Positions 49,351 through 61,821 of a stretch of 64,000 nucleotides of DNA are shown here, one piece after another. The stretch is from positions 286,026 through 350,025 of the forward strand of contig JAKMXF010000308.1 in the NCBI GenBank assembly GCA_024704765.1. The letters are read 5' to 3'. Source of the DNA: Oopsacas minuta (taxonomy: Eukaryota; Animalia; Porifera). Under the pieces are notes generated by a model. That model was not told where the DNA came from and did not search any database. It saw nothing but the letters and a program-made list of their open reading frames with translations. Position 1 is the stretch's first letter; the number at the start of each line of letters is the position of its first letter. A program made the position numbers and the translations under genes.

Positions 49351-51119
49351 TCAATGTGATTTTTGTTGTTGTTTTTGGGCCACAAGTTTATCAAATTCAG
49401 GCTTGATTTCGGCCAGAGCAACCCTCATGTCGTGGAGCAGGCCACCTTGAAGGCGGTTTCTTGCTTTTGTTTTTAATTGAAGCATGGTTGAGAATGCTTT
49501 CTCACAAAGATAGGTCGTTGGAAATGGAATAATTTTCTCCAATGCTGCCTTCGCTAATCCAGGATATGCTACCAATTGGCCACACCAGAAGTCAGAAAGT
49601 GGTAAAGTTCGAAATCTTATTTGACAACTCCTGTTCACCTGTAGATCGATATGCTCCTCCTTCAGGTTGTCATCATCGCTCATGTCTGTAAGGAAGGGCT
49701 GTTGAATCCATTCTAGAACTGTGCGATCCTTGGGAAAGTAATGTCCCATAGTCGTCTCAAGGTGTGAGAGGTGAGCAGCAATGCTTTCTGCGAGCATGTG
49801 ACTTAATGTCTTATCCCCCAACTTCTCATCCAAGGTAGGAAAGCTTCCAAAATTCCCTTCCTGAACTCGGCGCCTCCAAAGTGAGACCTTCATCTTGAAG
49901 GCTTCTGCCTTCTCAGCACAAAGAAGACCATTGACACCCGCTCCTTGCAAAGTCAAGTTGAGGTCATTCAAGTGGCTGAAGATGTCTGCTAGATAGGAAA
50001 GAGAGAGAATGAAAACATCATCTTCAAAACTTTCAGCAAATTTATTCTGATGTTCTCGGAGAAATAAAGCAATCTCAACATGGAGCTCTGCAATACGAGT
50101 CAATATTTCCCTCGAGACAGCCAGAGTACTTCCGTGTGGAAGAGAAGGACAACATGCTCACTTCCCATCTCCTCACAGAAGAGCTTGAACATTCTGTGGT
50201 TTAAAGGACGACCCCGGATGAAATTTACAACTTGAACACAAACAGACAGAACATCTTTGAGGTGAGGCGGCAACGTCTTTGCTGCTAGAGCATAGCGATG
50301 GAGAACACAGTGATTCATTATGAGATCTGGTACTCTTACCTTTACCAAAGCTGCGAAACCAGACCTATGCCCAATCATGGCTGGGGCACCATCCGTGCAG
50401 ACCGACCCTACCTTCTCCCACTCGATCTGATGCCTCTGAAAGAATTCGTCTAAGAGTCGAAATACATCTCCAGCCTTGGTCGTTGTTTGCAGACCCTCAC
50501 AGAATAGGAACTCGTCTTTGATTCCACCGTCTGTGATATACCGGGTATACACAACCAATTGACTTATATTGGCAATATCTGTCGATTCATCCAACTGCAA
50601 GCTGAAGCGAATTGGACTATCCTTAATCTCCTGAACAACTTGCTCCAAGATGTTGCAGCTCATATCTGCAACTCGTCTTGCGATGACATCATTAGACAGA
50701 GGCACTTCCTTGATCTTCTTGGCTGCAACAGTTCCCAGGACCAGTTCCACCATCCGAATGGTGCATGACTTGATCAGGTTTTCTGGGGCAGAGTGCGAAG
50801 CTTTCTCCCTTATGCATTGGTATGCTACTTCGTAAGAAGCTTGAACAAGGGGTTTCTGCACTGGCTCCAAAACAAGTCGAGGTAACGTACCTTTCTGGTC
50901 ATATCTTGCCCTCTTGGCCTGCATGGCCTTGAGAGTTTGCGCTTGTTCTGCTGGATGCTTCGCCTGGTGTTCTCGGAGTCTGGCAGGCTTTAAATTCGAG
51001 TTACAAACAATGAAATGGCAGGTCATGCATTGTGCTCGGTTTGGACCTCCACGATTATTCAGGAGGGCAGAGAAACCATATTTAACATATTCATCACTCA
51101 ACTTACGTATTTTTGGCAT
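49351..51119 (-). pseudogene. Buster-type transposase with a single frameshift (ORFs 50100-51119 and 49351-50103)
   Basis: FSLQLDESTD, VCTDGAPAM, HCVLHRYAL, WLSRGK, TTYLCEKAFS, QQQKSH. Adding one A to the run at WLSRGK restores ..RGKILTRIAE. Confidence 0.92.
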
Positions 51120-51604
51120 TTTAGAATTTACTGATACTTAAATCACAAACATACTTATATGGAAGTTCAGTTCCATGGAACTGGATTCCATACCAGTATA
51201 ATTATTCCCTATCACAAATTAGTGACAGAAAAGAACTCAAATAAGTAACACAGTAAGGAATATAAGTTAAATACAACTAATTTATACCCAGACACTACTA
51301 TATTTAGTAAAGACAGCTGAATGTTTCGATATTTATCCTGAAGCATCTACCATCCTGAAATGTTATCTAGAATCTAAACAAAAACATGGTACAGCACATA
51401 GTAGAATCCTTATCCAGCACCTCCTAAAATCGATTTCAGCACCCCAGGTTAAGAAACGCTGGATTAACCGATGTTTTGGTCCGATTAACCGAAAAATGTT
51501 AAATATTAATCCTGGATTAGATTCCGTCCAGGAGAAAATGGTCCGATTAACCAGTGGTCCGATTAACCGGAGTCGACTGTATAGTAAATCAACTCATTTA
51601 CAAA

Positions 51605-52071
51605 TCTATACTATTAAAACTGAAATATTATAGGGAGGGTGTGAGTTTGTTTGTTTGTCCACTTTGTATTATAATGAAAGTGGAAGATGATCTGCTTATC
51701 TAATATAGGGAATAACATATCCTTCTGGTGACAATATAGGAAAAGTAAACAATTACATTGAGGTAATCGAGTATGCTGATTCCTATTTCACACTTTAAAG
51801 TTTCTCATATGTACATTTATTGTGGTTTTTATGAATAAAACCAATAGCTGACATCTCAAATATACTTTGATACTTGCTTTTAACGGCAGTAGATCAGTAT
51901 CAAATGAAGCTGAATCCGAATTTGGCATATTGAAATTTCTCTTATCGAAAAGATATTAAATAAAATGTAGAAATATTAATGTATTAATTCAATTTGGGGC
52001 ACGAAGTGCCAATTTCAATGCAAACACGAGTTGTTCGCAAGGCGCACAACGCGAGCTAGCGAAGTTGCTCG
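51605..52071 (+). mobile_element. Non-autonomous Helitron-like element, apparently complete
   Basis: A|TCTATACTATTAAAA..TTTGTTTGTTTGTCC 5' end; GC-rich 3' region ending GTTGCTCG|T; no TSD. Confidence 0.7.
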
Positions 52072-52506
52072 TATTATATAAGTTGCAGACAAATCGTGAT
52101 GGAAAGATTTTTAGTACAGCTCCTATAGGGAGATGCCCTAATGTTAAGGATGATGTGCGAGGTCCGTCCGTCCGTCCGCGTGGCCGGGCGAAATATAACA
52201 GTCCAATCAGTGGAAAATTGGTACACATTTATATTTTGGTTCGGATATTTGCCCTTCAAGTATGAATTTTTTCTAAAGTGAATATTTCAAACCTTTTTTT
52301 GGTGATTAATCTTATTTTCACATCTTTCTATGTAAATACAAAAACAAGCTAGCGGGGACGTCAGATTCCGGGTGGGCGAGGAGGATTGTCCCCCCCCGGT
52401 TTTGAAAAGAGCCAGAAATTGGGGGTGTTGCCCACCAGTTTCTTTGAAAAATTATGCTCACTTGAAAGATATTTTAATATTTCAATTTCCTAGGTTACTC
52501 AATGTA

Positions 52507-53851
52507 CAGGGTGTTAAACAATTGATGTCGTAATATAGAATGGACAAATAAAACCTATTCTTGCATTGTAATAATGTGCTCCTTACTTTCCTATATAACC
52601 GCCATTGTTAGCAATACATAATTTTATCTTATTTGGCATTGAAGCTATTAGATTGGCCAAAACATCCTCCGCCACCTGAGACCATCCCAGTTTGAGATTA
52701 TTTTTTTAACTTTCTTCATTTGTTGCGAGGGGCTTTGAATCCAGTTGACTTTGGAGTATTGCCCACAGATTTTCTATAGGATTCAAGTCCGGCGAATTCG
52801 CAAGCCATACTTCTTTAGGCAAAAAACCTTTAAGGTTCTTCAGAAACCACTCCTGAGTTCTTTTAGAGGTATGAGCCGGTGCCCCATCTTGTTGGAAAAT
52901 GGCATTGGATATTTTTCTCATCATTTTTCGTGTAAAAATGGGTCCATTTTTTTCTTTTTCTTTTAAGTGTAGGTACCAAAGCTTTCTTCAAAATTTCCTC
53001 ACATAATATTCTGTATTTACGGTATTACCTCGTGGAATAAAGTGCAATTCTGATAAGGCAGAGCAGGACATCATACCTCACACATTTATTTTCAGAGGGT
53101 ACTTCACAGTCTCTACCGGAGGTATATTATCTCGTTTTCGAGCCCACACTTGGTTATTTTGCCGATTCGGAGTATGATAAAGTTAAAATGGTGATTCATC
53201 TGAAAATAGAATTCGTCTCCATTCTTCCACACTCCAGTTCTTCCTCTCTTTGCAGAATTTACATGGGCTCTTTTCTGAGAATCGGTTAACTTTGGCTGTT
53301 TTTGTGGTTTATAAGGAGTAGCATTCAAACTTCTCAAATAATTCAATATAGTAATGTGAGAAACTGCTACTATGCCTCTCCTTCTCAAATTCTTGGTCAA
53401 TATCCTAGTTGATTCGTGAGGTTTGGATAGCGATTTAGCAATTATGATTTTCGCTGCTTTGGACAGGGAAGTTTTTCGAACACGTCGAGGCTTGTTTCTC
53501 AACGATTTACCACCTCTAGAAAGTGCCCACCAACGCTGTATTGCTCGTAAATTCATCTGCAGAGCATGAGAAACCTTCGTTTGAGACATGTCTGCTATAA
53601 TCATACCGATAACACGATCGCGGACATCAATAGTGTATTCGGTAACCATGGAAACACTAAATAGTGTTAGGAATTTTAGTTTCCCGTAGAGAAGAATATC
53701 AGCTAATATCAACTAGCATACTAATTATGAACTCATGAAGCATATACAAAAGGAATATTAAGTCAGATTATCAGGATTAAATCGTCTAAATTTGGTACTT
53801 AATTAAAGATATAAAATATATAAATTACGACATCAATTGTTTAACACCCTG
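52507..53851 (-). mobile_element. Tc1-like element with DD37E transposase (frameshifted, about 52583-53649)
   Basis: Perfect 28-bp TIR CAGGGTGTTAAACAATTGATGTCGTAAT, TA TSD. ILFSDES, QQDGAPAH and SPDLNPIENLW give 37 residues between the second D and the E. Confidence 0.95.
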
Positions 53852-54186
53852 TACTGTAAATAAATATGTGGTACATGATTGTAATACTTAATACTTCTAA
53901 CCAATTAAAAAAATTTTATTTGTGTATTTGTAATGAATGTTCATTTAGGCCTTCAATGGACTGAGAATCGGGATCACTGTCCCGAGAAGTGAGCGATGTT
54001 TGTGCTGGAAAAAATGTTTAAATAGCGGCTGGGCAAGATTGAGATTTCTTAGCTCGGCATATTATGATATCGAATACTGTTTAGAATAATTTGGGGTCAG
54101 ACCACGTATTAGCAATTATTAGAATTTATTGAATTAATAGAGTACTTGCCTGTTTGTATTTATAGTTGAAAACACATTCAGTAGTA

Positions 54187-54605
54187 CAGTGGAACCTCCA
54201 TAACCCGACACCTCTATAATCCGGAATTTCGCTAAACCGACATTATTTCTTTTCACGGATAGTTTTTGTATAGAAAAAAACCTCCATAACCCGGAACCTC
54301 GCTACTCCGTAATCCGACAATATAATGATGATCAAGTAATATAAATTCGACCTCTATAAACCGACAATTTAGCGATTTAGTTTTAATTTATCTGAGATGT
54401 ACATATTTCAACGAATGTCGGAATATGGAGGTGATTTTACCTTCATAATCCAACATTATCTTTTACAATGTAAATATAGTATACTGCATACTTGATATTT
54501 GACAACCATATGTCTTGAATTTTACTTAAGTATATACGAGAACACCTGTATAATCCGACATTTTCTTCGTTTCCCAACGAGTGTCGGATTATGCAGGTTC
54601 CACTG
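54187..54605. mobile_element. pogo/Tigger-type MITE
   Basis: TA TSD; TIR CAGTGGAACCT(C/G)CATAA(C/T)CCGACAC. Confidence 0.9.
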
Positions 54606-54886
54606 TATGTATTATTCACACTCTAGAGTCGAGACCCTCCTTTTGTTCAATTACGAAATACCACAATTATATTATAGATTCTTTAATCAATCAATTCAGA
54701 AATACATTAAAGGATTGACCAAATATGTTATATTCTGAATTTCTCCATTATACAAGTCATATTTGTTGATAAAGTCATTACATTCGATATAAAATTCATT
54801 TTACTATATATTATAGTTTGTTTAGTTAAAGGTAAAATGAGTAGTGAGTACAACAGCCCCACACTATTTTGGTCAACCTGACCCCC

Positions 54887-57800
54887 CACAGTGTGCCAAA
54901 ATCGCCATAATTAAGTATTAGGGTAATCATTACAACTAGGCATGTTTTATGTGGTCTATATAGTAAATCAACACCGTAAATTTCAAAATTTCATTTAAAT
55001 TTTCCGTAGTATTACCACTATTGGGAATATGACGTCATTTCGGTATTTCATTATTTTTAACATTCATGGTTCAATAATATTACTTGTTAATGGTATAAAG
55101 TAAAGTTTCCTATTAGAAGGATTATAGCATTTATATAACTAGCTATTATATTATAATGAACCAGGGGTCTAGTTTTTCCCTTTAATACAGATTAGAGGGG
55201 ATTATACCTTGTGGAAAAACTGTTACTAAATATATAAACTCAATCTCTAATATTCTTTAATTAATTATCATTCTCCAACACTATGCTATTATATAAGATA
55301 TCTTGGGGGCTATTTGGATCATTTGCACCAGAATTCCTCGTCTTGGTGGATGTAAAACGATTCTGCACTAATAGGGGATCACTACTACACAGAAGGCGAA
55401 CTAGAATATCTCGTACATTGTCAGAGAATGATGTTTTTCTGGCAAGATTTTCCCGATACCGCCTCAGGAACATATTACAAGCTCTAAACATTCTTCTGAT
55501 AGATTCTGTAATCCCCTGCCATATTATATTCTCCAATAATCTTGAAAGAATGGGAAAGTAGCTTGTGTAAAGAGGGGGTGACGTTCGCCCATGGAAAATG
55601 AACTAAGATGTATTCATACGTTTCTTTACATAATTCTTCCATTTTGCTACAATTGATTAAGTTACCGCTGTTCACAAGTCGTAACACCACGGATAGATTA
55701 GTCTTGATCTTCTATCATAAGGGTTTATCAGATAGATTAATCGAGGAAGTCGCCCATTTTAAAAAGTCTCGATTATCCATAAAGCAATCACGTGCAATGT
55801 TCCCAGTAGTTGATGTACCGCCTTGACTTGAAGGAATATCCACACAGAAAGTACACTTCTCTAGAAGAATTTCTCGAATCCGTCTCATAGATGCATTCAC
55901 TTTGTGATTAGATGGTGGCCATACCTTGTGACCCGCATCAAGATGGTATATTAATAACACATACTACCGGGATACACAGGTAGGCATGCAAAGGGGAAGC
56001 AGCAATTATATTGATGTCAGGTATGGGTTTGTGAGTTATACCCAAGCGTTGTTTGGATGAGAGTTTGAGGAAGTCATCCTCATTAACATCAAAGATTGCC
56101 AAGCATCGCTAATTAACCTGTTTATGGGGATCCAAAACGATCCCAGTCAATGCTTTTAATTTCTTCATCAGATGCAGTACATAGATGACAAGAAGCTCCT
56201 CCAGCACCATCTAACAGTCCAGCCATTGTGGCGTCAAAGAGAGAACGGACAATATCAACTTGTACATGTCCTCCTATTATTGATAATTCGTTCACCAATA
56301 TTTGGTCGGTTTGGGGATTGACAATTTATCCATGATAAAATGAACATTATTATAATCCTCTTTCAATGCTATCAACGCAACTGGTCTGAAACAAAAGGGG
56401 AATTAGGAGAATGGTTGAAGAAGACATTGTTTCCAAGTGTATCTGCTATTGAAAATATTTTGAATCCAAATAAGATGAAACATTTAGTACTGAAAGACGG
56501 TTATTATTTGTTGGTTATAGGTGCGATGAGACCCGGAACCATCTAATCCATCTGATATCTTAACTGTGAGCGGATATTGTGAAATAGAAATTGGCACTAA
56601 CGTTGAAATCAAGCGTTCGCTTGTAAGCTTTAGTATCGAATGATAGGAGATACAAGTTCCAATTGAGAAACCTTCAGGATCATGGACTATCTCAATCTTA
56701 TCAATCAAAGTTATTTCTCTACGATATCTGGAGACAAGCTCATAGGATGGTAATTTAACTTGACATTTAAGGACTTTTTTTAATTTTTATATTTGCTCGC
56801 TCCAATCTTTAAACAGTCCAACAGAAAGGCAGATTTATCGATTGGCGCTTTGTGCAAGATTCCACTAAAAGAACCCTTGTTGATGATCTCCTTACACACT
56901 TGTGAGGTATCGCGATCGTAAGAATTGTTAGATATTAATTCTAACGCCAGAGCAGCCTAGTTGTTTGGGCTCGACATATTCTCTTTCAGCTAAGAAATGA
57001 ATATGGTCTAAAAGAATGCTCAGTCTAGATCTGGAAGTTTGAAGATTGCAATCAAGTAAATGCTTTCTGGAATCATGGACAATTTCTTCAGAGAAATTTC
57101 GACTTTCAGAAATAGAAACTTTACGAAAAGGTTCTAATCCAGGATCGAGTGAAATTCTCTTCTTTCTCGGAATGGAAATGGATAGAGGTGCAGTATATGA
57201 ATGGAAGGTCAAATTCTCCCAGGTCTCAAGATCACTCTTCTTTCGGTAATACTCTCTGGATGATATAAGGGACTTGAACTTATATAGAATAGTATCATGT
57301 TCTTCCTGTGAAATATTATTATCATCAATAAGAAACTCCGCAGTTACTTTAGGACTTTTGCCCTTTGAAATATAGCTGACATATGCTTCCTTGTTGGTCA
57401 CAACAGAGGCCATTACTTCACTAGGAGCTATTATTAGACAGAAAAAGATTAAAATTATTTTCGTGCATCATCTAAATTCACATGAGGGCAAGAATACATA
57501 GAATTTACTTGAATTTCAAAAAAATTCTAAAAATACATTTTTCCGATTTTTTGTCTGGTCCAAGCATTGATGTACTCAAAAATATATTTGTGCACCCCGG
57601 TGCACGTCTGAAAATTGGTGTATAGTTTCAAAAATGCAAGCACTATAAGCGATTAACAATAAATTATCGTCCTCTTTTGTCACCTGATAGATGCAGCACT
57701 CCAAACACTATATTAAAACTAAAATATTTCACTCCAGGCCTTTAAAACTAGACAGCCAACCAAATTTTTTGGAAACAATGATACTTATAATAATTGCATA

Positions 57801-58085
57801 AACTGATCTAATATAAGAAATATGTCAAATTGATAATTAACTACAAACGTTATACAGTATATATTAGAAAGAAAATTGTTGCTAAGGTAGTCAGGTATTT
57901 ACTAATTGCGGTTAGCTATTTAAAATAATCTAAAAATGTTACTTTAGCTCGCTGTAATCGAAATTCGTATGGGTCATACATACAATCATCAATATTTTCC
58001 TACTAATTCGACGATGGAGATTCACAAAAACGTAGTTAAATTCGTAATTGAAATTTTGCCTAATACGCCATATCGGCACACTGTG
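54887..58085 (-). mobile_element. Transib/RAG1-like transposon, about 3.2 kb
   Basis: Both ends start CACAGTGTGCC and enclose a RAG1-core-like transposase. The 5-bp flanks do not match (CCCCC vs GCTAT). Confidence 0.88.
55261..57413 (-). pseudogene. RAG1-core-like (Transib superfamily) transposase, multiply frameshifted
   Basis: RKHLLDCNLQTSRSRLSILLDHIHFLAERE (NBD-like), KISDGLDGSGSH (first D), PNSPF.FRPVAL, SLFDAT (second D), SCHLC, SPLHAYL, STTGNIAR, TPSLHKLLSH, LSEECLEACN (E), RRYRENLARK. Confidence 0.92.
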
Positions 58086-59638
58086 GCTATGGAGGGACAA
58101 TTTAAGTTAATTTATCTTATTAGTTATTCATTTCGAGATAGAAAATTAGACACGAACTAAAACAACAATTCTAGTCTTCTACTACTAGCCTGAACAAACT
58201 TGGAAATGACATCTATATATTTAACTGTAAGAGAGTTAGCTACTAGAATGACAATCATTCAAAACAAAGATTAATATTGTGGTTATAAATTCATCATAGC
58301 AGATTTAACAGTTACAAAATAAATTAGAATAACTCCAGTTGTTATATCCATCTAATCAGATTGGAATAGCAAAAACTCTCAATTCACTAAAAATCTCAGG
58401 GGGGGTATAGAAACTGGTACATTTCACCCTTATAACTGCATTATTGATATGCAAGAAATCCCAAATTGGTAAGAGATATCATATCAAAATGTATGATAAG
58501 GATATGGGAAGTCAGGTGTATACTATATATTGGCTGGCTGAATTTACCATAATTGTAACGATTATCGAGTTATAAGAGGATATTAACAAAAAATACCAAC
58601 TTTATCATGAGCAAATTTTTATATTTTGCACAATAGCGGTTTAGAACATTTGGAATTTCAACATTTTGAACATAGATTATTAATTAATGTTCTACATATT
58701 TTCAAAGATTGAGTATATTTTAATAAGTACATACTTGCCAATTAGCTAACAGATGACGTCATTTCTCTCTGAAAATTTCACAAATGTGGCCTTGTGAATT
58801 ATTAATATTAATAATACATTTATTCAGAGGAAATGTACCAATTTCATATTATTGGCGATCAAAGAATATCCTATCAAAATATATTCACTTCCTTTTATCC
58901 CTGGTCAAAAAGTAGTGCTCAGGCCTATCTTTAGTAGGCTATTGCGCAGAGTACATTTTAATACCTCAAAAATTATGCATCCTTGAATGGTGTGTATTGT
59001 GGAGGGAAGACTGAAAAAATGTAAAGTAACAAGAATCGCTAGGATCTATTCTGATCGAATGTACTATGTATACAGTATAATCGGAAGGGCAGTCGGAATA
59101 TGGGAGGCTCTGTAACCTTTACTCTTACGCCCCAATTTTATAAATTTTGTTAATTTTATGGCCCAAGAGTCAGCTTATCCACCCCACTTTCCATGGGCTT
59201 CCGGCTGTACTGAATTTATTGTCGGCCCTGTGGAGACAAAAATCGAAATTGACTAACATAATTACTTCGTATGTTATGGTCCGCACATTATTGATTATTC
59301 AATATGAATTTCCTTTGTATTCCATTATAATTAATTTATATACAGATCTGATTGTGCGGCCAATACTTTAGATAATCTTTCTTCTAAGCTATGGGCTCTT
59401 AAAATGGTGGGGGTAATACGGGGTGAAAATGTGAAGTGATCAATAATAGAATTGTATCAGCTTTAGCTAAATTAAGTCTTCTTCAAAGCGCGTGGTTAGA
59501 TTACTATTGACGAAGCCAATACTGAATTTCTGATATCATACGTTATGTTAAAATTTTAACAACTTTAGATCCATTCATATATCGTATTATAGACAATATT
59601 TTTAGATTCCAGTATCGATACTATATCTTCCTATCCTA

Positions 59639-60680
59639 ATGGCTAGTTGTGCTAAAAAGAGGAAATGTTTGGAAGACTACATCAAATATGGGTTTACTGT
59701 CATCAAGATGAATGAAATCGAAATGCCACAGTGTGTTATTTGTTATAAAACATTGAGCAATGATGCAATGCGCCCGACACATTTGGAGCGACATCTCTCT
59801 ACAGTTCACCCAGACATGGGTAAGTAAGCCGAAGGACTACTTCGCTGGAAGTCGATAATTTGAAACGAGTGAATTGGACCGTGGTGGAGATTTTCATCAG
59901 GGGTTAAACAAGGTTGTGGAGCCATCTTACGAGATCTCCCTACTAATTATAAGAGCTAAGACCCAGGTGTTGGAGAAGGTTCGATCTTCGCCATTCAGTG
60001 TGACGAGATTATAGATGTGTCTCAGGCTCTCAATTTCTTTGGGATGCACGATTCATTGCAAATGGAAACCTTGAGGAGATGATATTATGTTGCCCTCTGG
60101 AAACAACTACTAAAGCAGATGATGTTTTCCTTTCGTGTCAAAATTTTGGAGAAAACAATCTATCCTTGGACAATTTAGATGGTGTTTGCACAGATGGAGC
60201 TCCAGCAATGTTAGGTTCTCGTTCTGGTTTTGTCACTAAGATCAAACAGAGAGTACTTCAGCTGTTGGAACTCATTGTATTATTCATCATGAAGCACTTG
60301 CAGCATGGACCCTTCCAGTCGAGCTTATGTATTCACTTTCTTCCCTGATCAAGATAGTTACCTTCATAAAAGCTGGTGCCCTGAATACACGATTGTTTGC
60401 GAAGCTCTGTTATGGCATTTGAGCAGAACACGAAACTTTACTGTTTCACAAAAAAGTATCCTGGCTTTCGAAAGGGAATATTTTAGAACGATTTAAAAGA
60501 CGAAGTGAATTTCTTTTAGAACATCAGAAGAAGTTTGACCTCCTTGGTATTTCACTGATTTTGAAGATGTCCCTTAGGACATACAGGAAGTCTTTTTGGA
60601 TATGAAGTGCCACTCTTCCGCGAAGGATGATTTCAACAGACTTTCGTTAGAGAACTTCTGGCTCAAAATATCAAGCCATT
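59639..60680 (+). pseudogene. Heavily deleted Buster/ZBED5-like hAT transposase remnant
   Basis: KRKCLEDYIKYGF..PQCVICYKTLSNDAMRP, CCPLETTTKADD, VCTDGAPAMLGSRSGF. Confidence 0.85.
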
Positions 60681-61454
60681 GATCAGAACGTTGGTCTATC
60701 TGCCTTGCGTGATATTGTTAGGTTTTTACTGTGCCGACTATACTTTAGTATAGTGGCCCAGTATTGAAATGGTTATCTATATTTTTCTATAATTTATTTT
60801 TCTCCGTGAAAGCCCTGCAGCCAAAACTGGATAGAATTAATGTGATATATGGTGTGAGAAAATTTGAAGATATTCGTCAGGTTTTCTTTTTCCATTTTTG
60901 CTAATCAATCGGACACCATGTGCCAATTTCACACTAGTCAAACATTTGCATTTACTTTTTTGCTGAAAGTAAATGAAAAATATCCATTATATAGCACTAT
61001 GTCATCGATAATCATTCTATTGTTACATGTTAAATATTTATTAGTTAAACAATAGGTACTAGTGCTGTCTATAATATGGATTCATTGAATATCTAAATAT
61101 AATGGTAGCTTTTAATTATTTCTATTATATTTATGAATATAATATTTTCAAATTAACCCTAGATAATTTAAATGACATGTATGTGCCCTATTATATAACC
61201 TTTAAATAATTAATCGTAGAAGATTGTTGTAAACAGCAAAAGGGGGTAATTCAATACGCTGATTCCGAATTTGACACCCTTAAATTTGTACCGATGAAAT
61301 CTCCAGTATTCCCTCTTTTAATATTATTTAGTCAACTGATAATTACTGCAAACAAATTGAAAATTATATGGGCTGAATGATCCTATTAATTTCTAAATAA
61401 ATTGTTTGATAAATTTTAAATCCGAGCGGCGGAGGGAGGAAAAATATAAAATTA

Positions 61455-61623
61455 TAACCTGTGCCGACAGATTAGTCAATTAATTTAATGTTTGAAACGT
61501 GGCACTATTAATTGGAGGCACTATGTGTAGTGAGATTAAAACTAACCTTTCATAGTGCCTCCAATTAATTTTGCCACTTTTTAAACAAAATTACTTAATT
61601 GACTAAGCTGTCAGCACAGGTTG
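61455..61623. mobile_element. Almost fully palindromic Tc1/mariner-type MITE
   Basis: TA flanks. The arms (Y)AACCTGTGCYGACAG..TAGTCAATTAA..AATTGGAGGCACTATG are mirrored around a short loop. Confidence 0.8.
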
Positions 61624-61821
61624 TAATTTTTTTCAACTTGTCTCTGTGAACCTGCATTTTCTACGCTAGTGTTCATAAAGAACACGTTCCGCAACAGGAT
61701 GAATGTAGAAAATGATATTCCTTGCTATATCTGAGGCACCCCCAAGAATTAAGTAAACTGAAAAGAAACAGTTACATCCTTAACATTGATAGAGTTGTTT
61801 GATTTAAATAGATGATTATAT

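Larger units (their letters stand above)
48738..51461 (-). mobile_element. Full-length Buster/ZBED5-like hAT transposon
   Basis: Perfect 15-bp TIR CAGCGTTTCTTAACC and perfect TSD GATTAACC. Confidence 0.96.
48395..51579. mobile_element. pogo/Tigger-type MITE (outer), interrupted by a Buster hAT
   Basis: TA TSD, TIR CA(C/G)TCGACTCCGGTTAATCGGACCAC, internal GTCCGATTA repeats. Confidence 0.9.

Noticed and set aside
54900-55260. RAG2-like gene convergent with the RAG1-like ORF (ProtoRAG layout)
   Set aside because: Only about 370 AT-rich bp lie between the stop codon and the TIR, with no ORF or kelch/PHD motifs.
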